A stretch of DNA of 64,000 nucleotides from Podarcis pityusensis (taxonomy: Eukaryota). This document shows, one piece after another, positions 63,086 to 64,000 of this stretch. Location of the stretch: the NCBI GenBank assembly GCA_964106645.2, contig OZ067043.1; one strand, written 5' to 3'. A model generated the notes under the pieces. The model was not told where the DNA came from. It saw nothing but the letters and a program-made list of their open reading frames with translations, and made no database searches. The translations under genes and the position numbers were made by a program. Numbering within the stretch: position 1 is the first letter of the stretch; each line of letters starts with the position of its first letter.

Positions 63086-64000
63086 ACAATTGAGAGTGGT
63101 ATGATTAAAGTTCACACATTTATTTCATCTTTATATTTACAGGAACACTATTTACATTCCCCCCCCAGTGGTCCCACAACCCAATAGCTTCTTTATTCTT
63201 TTATTTTTTTTAAACAATCTCTTTAGTGCTTATTATATAGGAGTAGACAAAAATGAGATTGTGGTTTACTGGTGGACCACAGACCAATTTTTGGTGGACC
63301 ACTTACCATTTACTGATTTCTAGGATTTTTCGCACCAGATCATTCCTGCCCTGGTCCAGCAATGCACTTCACACTCAGGATCAGCTAACACAGATCAGTG
63401 ATACAGTAGCTATTAAGAGGTTCTGATTATTCATTCTGCATATCTCTACAGAGATATTTGTAAAGAGAAAAGTAGACCATGTAAGTATGGTCAGATCACT
63501 CCATTTCTATGCTGAATAAGCATTGTATGTATGCACACATGGATTTTTTTTACTTCAGGCACACTGCATAAACCCCTCCCACATCAATATATATGCTATT
63601 TTATAACTAGAAATAGAAGTATTTTTGAAAACATAAATAAGGGCACATGAACACTGTAGATATTTAAACACCTCTGAAACCAGCTGAAGTGCTGCTGTAG
63701 TTTTGCGAAGAGTTTGTCAGCTAACATTATTCCCACCCTGAGGAGTCCTGGATTTCAAACCCATGACAGTGAAAGAGGTTTGGAATGTGCTTAAGTTTGT
63801 AATGCAGACACAATTGAATGGAAATATTTGAGAAACTATATTTTAAGGATTCCTAATATTGTCTAAATCACACACCACCAGTTTGCAGTAGATAATATCA
63901 ACTAGGGTTCCAGACTTTCTCTCAGGAAGCTGCAATCCACTGATGTTCTGTTACTAGGATTTGTTAGCCTCTGAAGCAGTGCTCAGAAATACTATTAATA

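Noticed and set aside
45200-64000. A third protein-coding gene downstream of CTH
   Set aside because: No CpG island or recognisable coding exon seen. Small or non-coding exons cannot be excluded without transcript data.

Overview
Vertebrate nuclear DNA from a squamate reptile. The Sauria/Squam SINEs and MITE families suggest a lacertid lizard (inference). Two spliced genes lie head-to-head, each with its own CpG island. On the minus strand is the 5' part of ANKRD13C (exons 1-4, 11277 to 522, continuing beyond the left edge). On the plus strand is a complete 12-exon cystathionine gamma-lyase gene, CTH (18286-39964; 1218 nt, 405 aa; all GT-AG introns, phases consistent; polyA signal near 41142). 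The remainder is intronic or intergenic DNA dense in SINEs, L1/L2/CR1 fragments and hAT and Tc1/mariner MITEs, often nested and with readable target-site duplications (TSDs). I find no support for a new multi-gene system. The best leads are small-scale: a strong-Kozak uORF in frame with ANKRD13C and separated from it by one TGA; a hAT element whose terminus rebuilds the predicted branch point of CTH exon 11; substitutions near the CTH active site (S63C, N241Y); a young TTAGGG/G4-carrying MITE in the CTH promoter; a composite hAT element with captured DNA; and two SINE copies broken at the same nucleotide. Comparisons with human and repeat family names are from memory, not from database searches.
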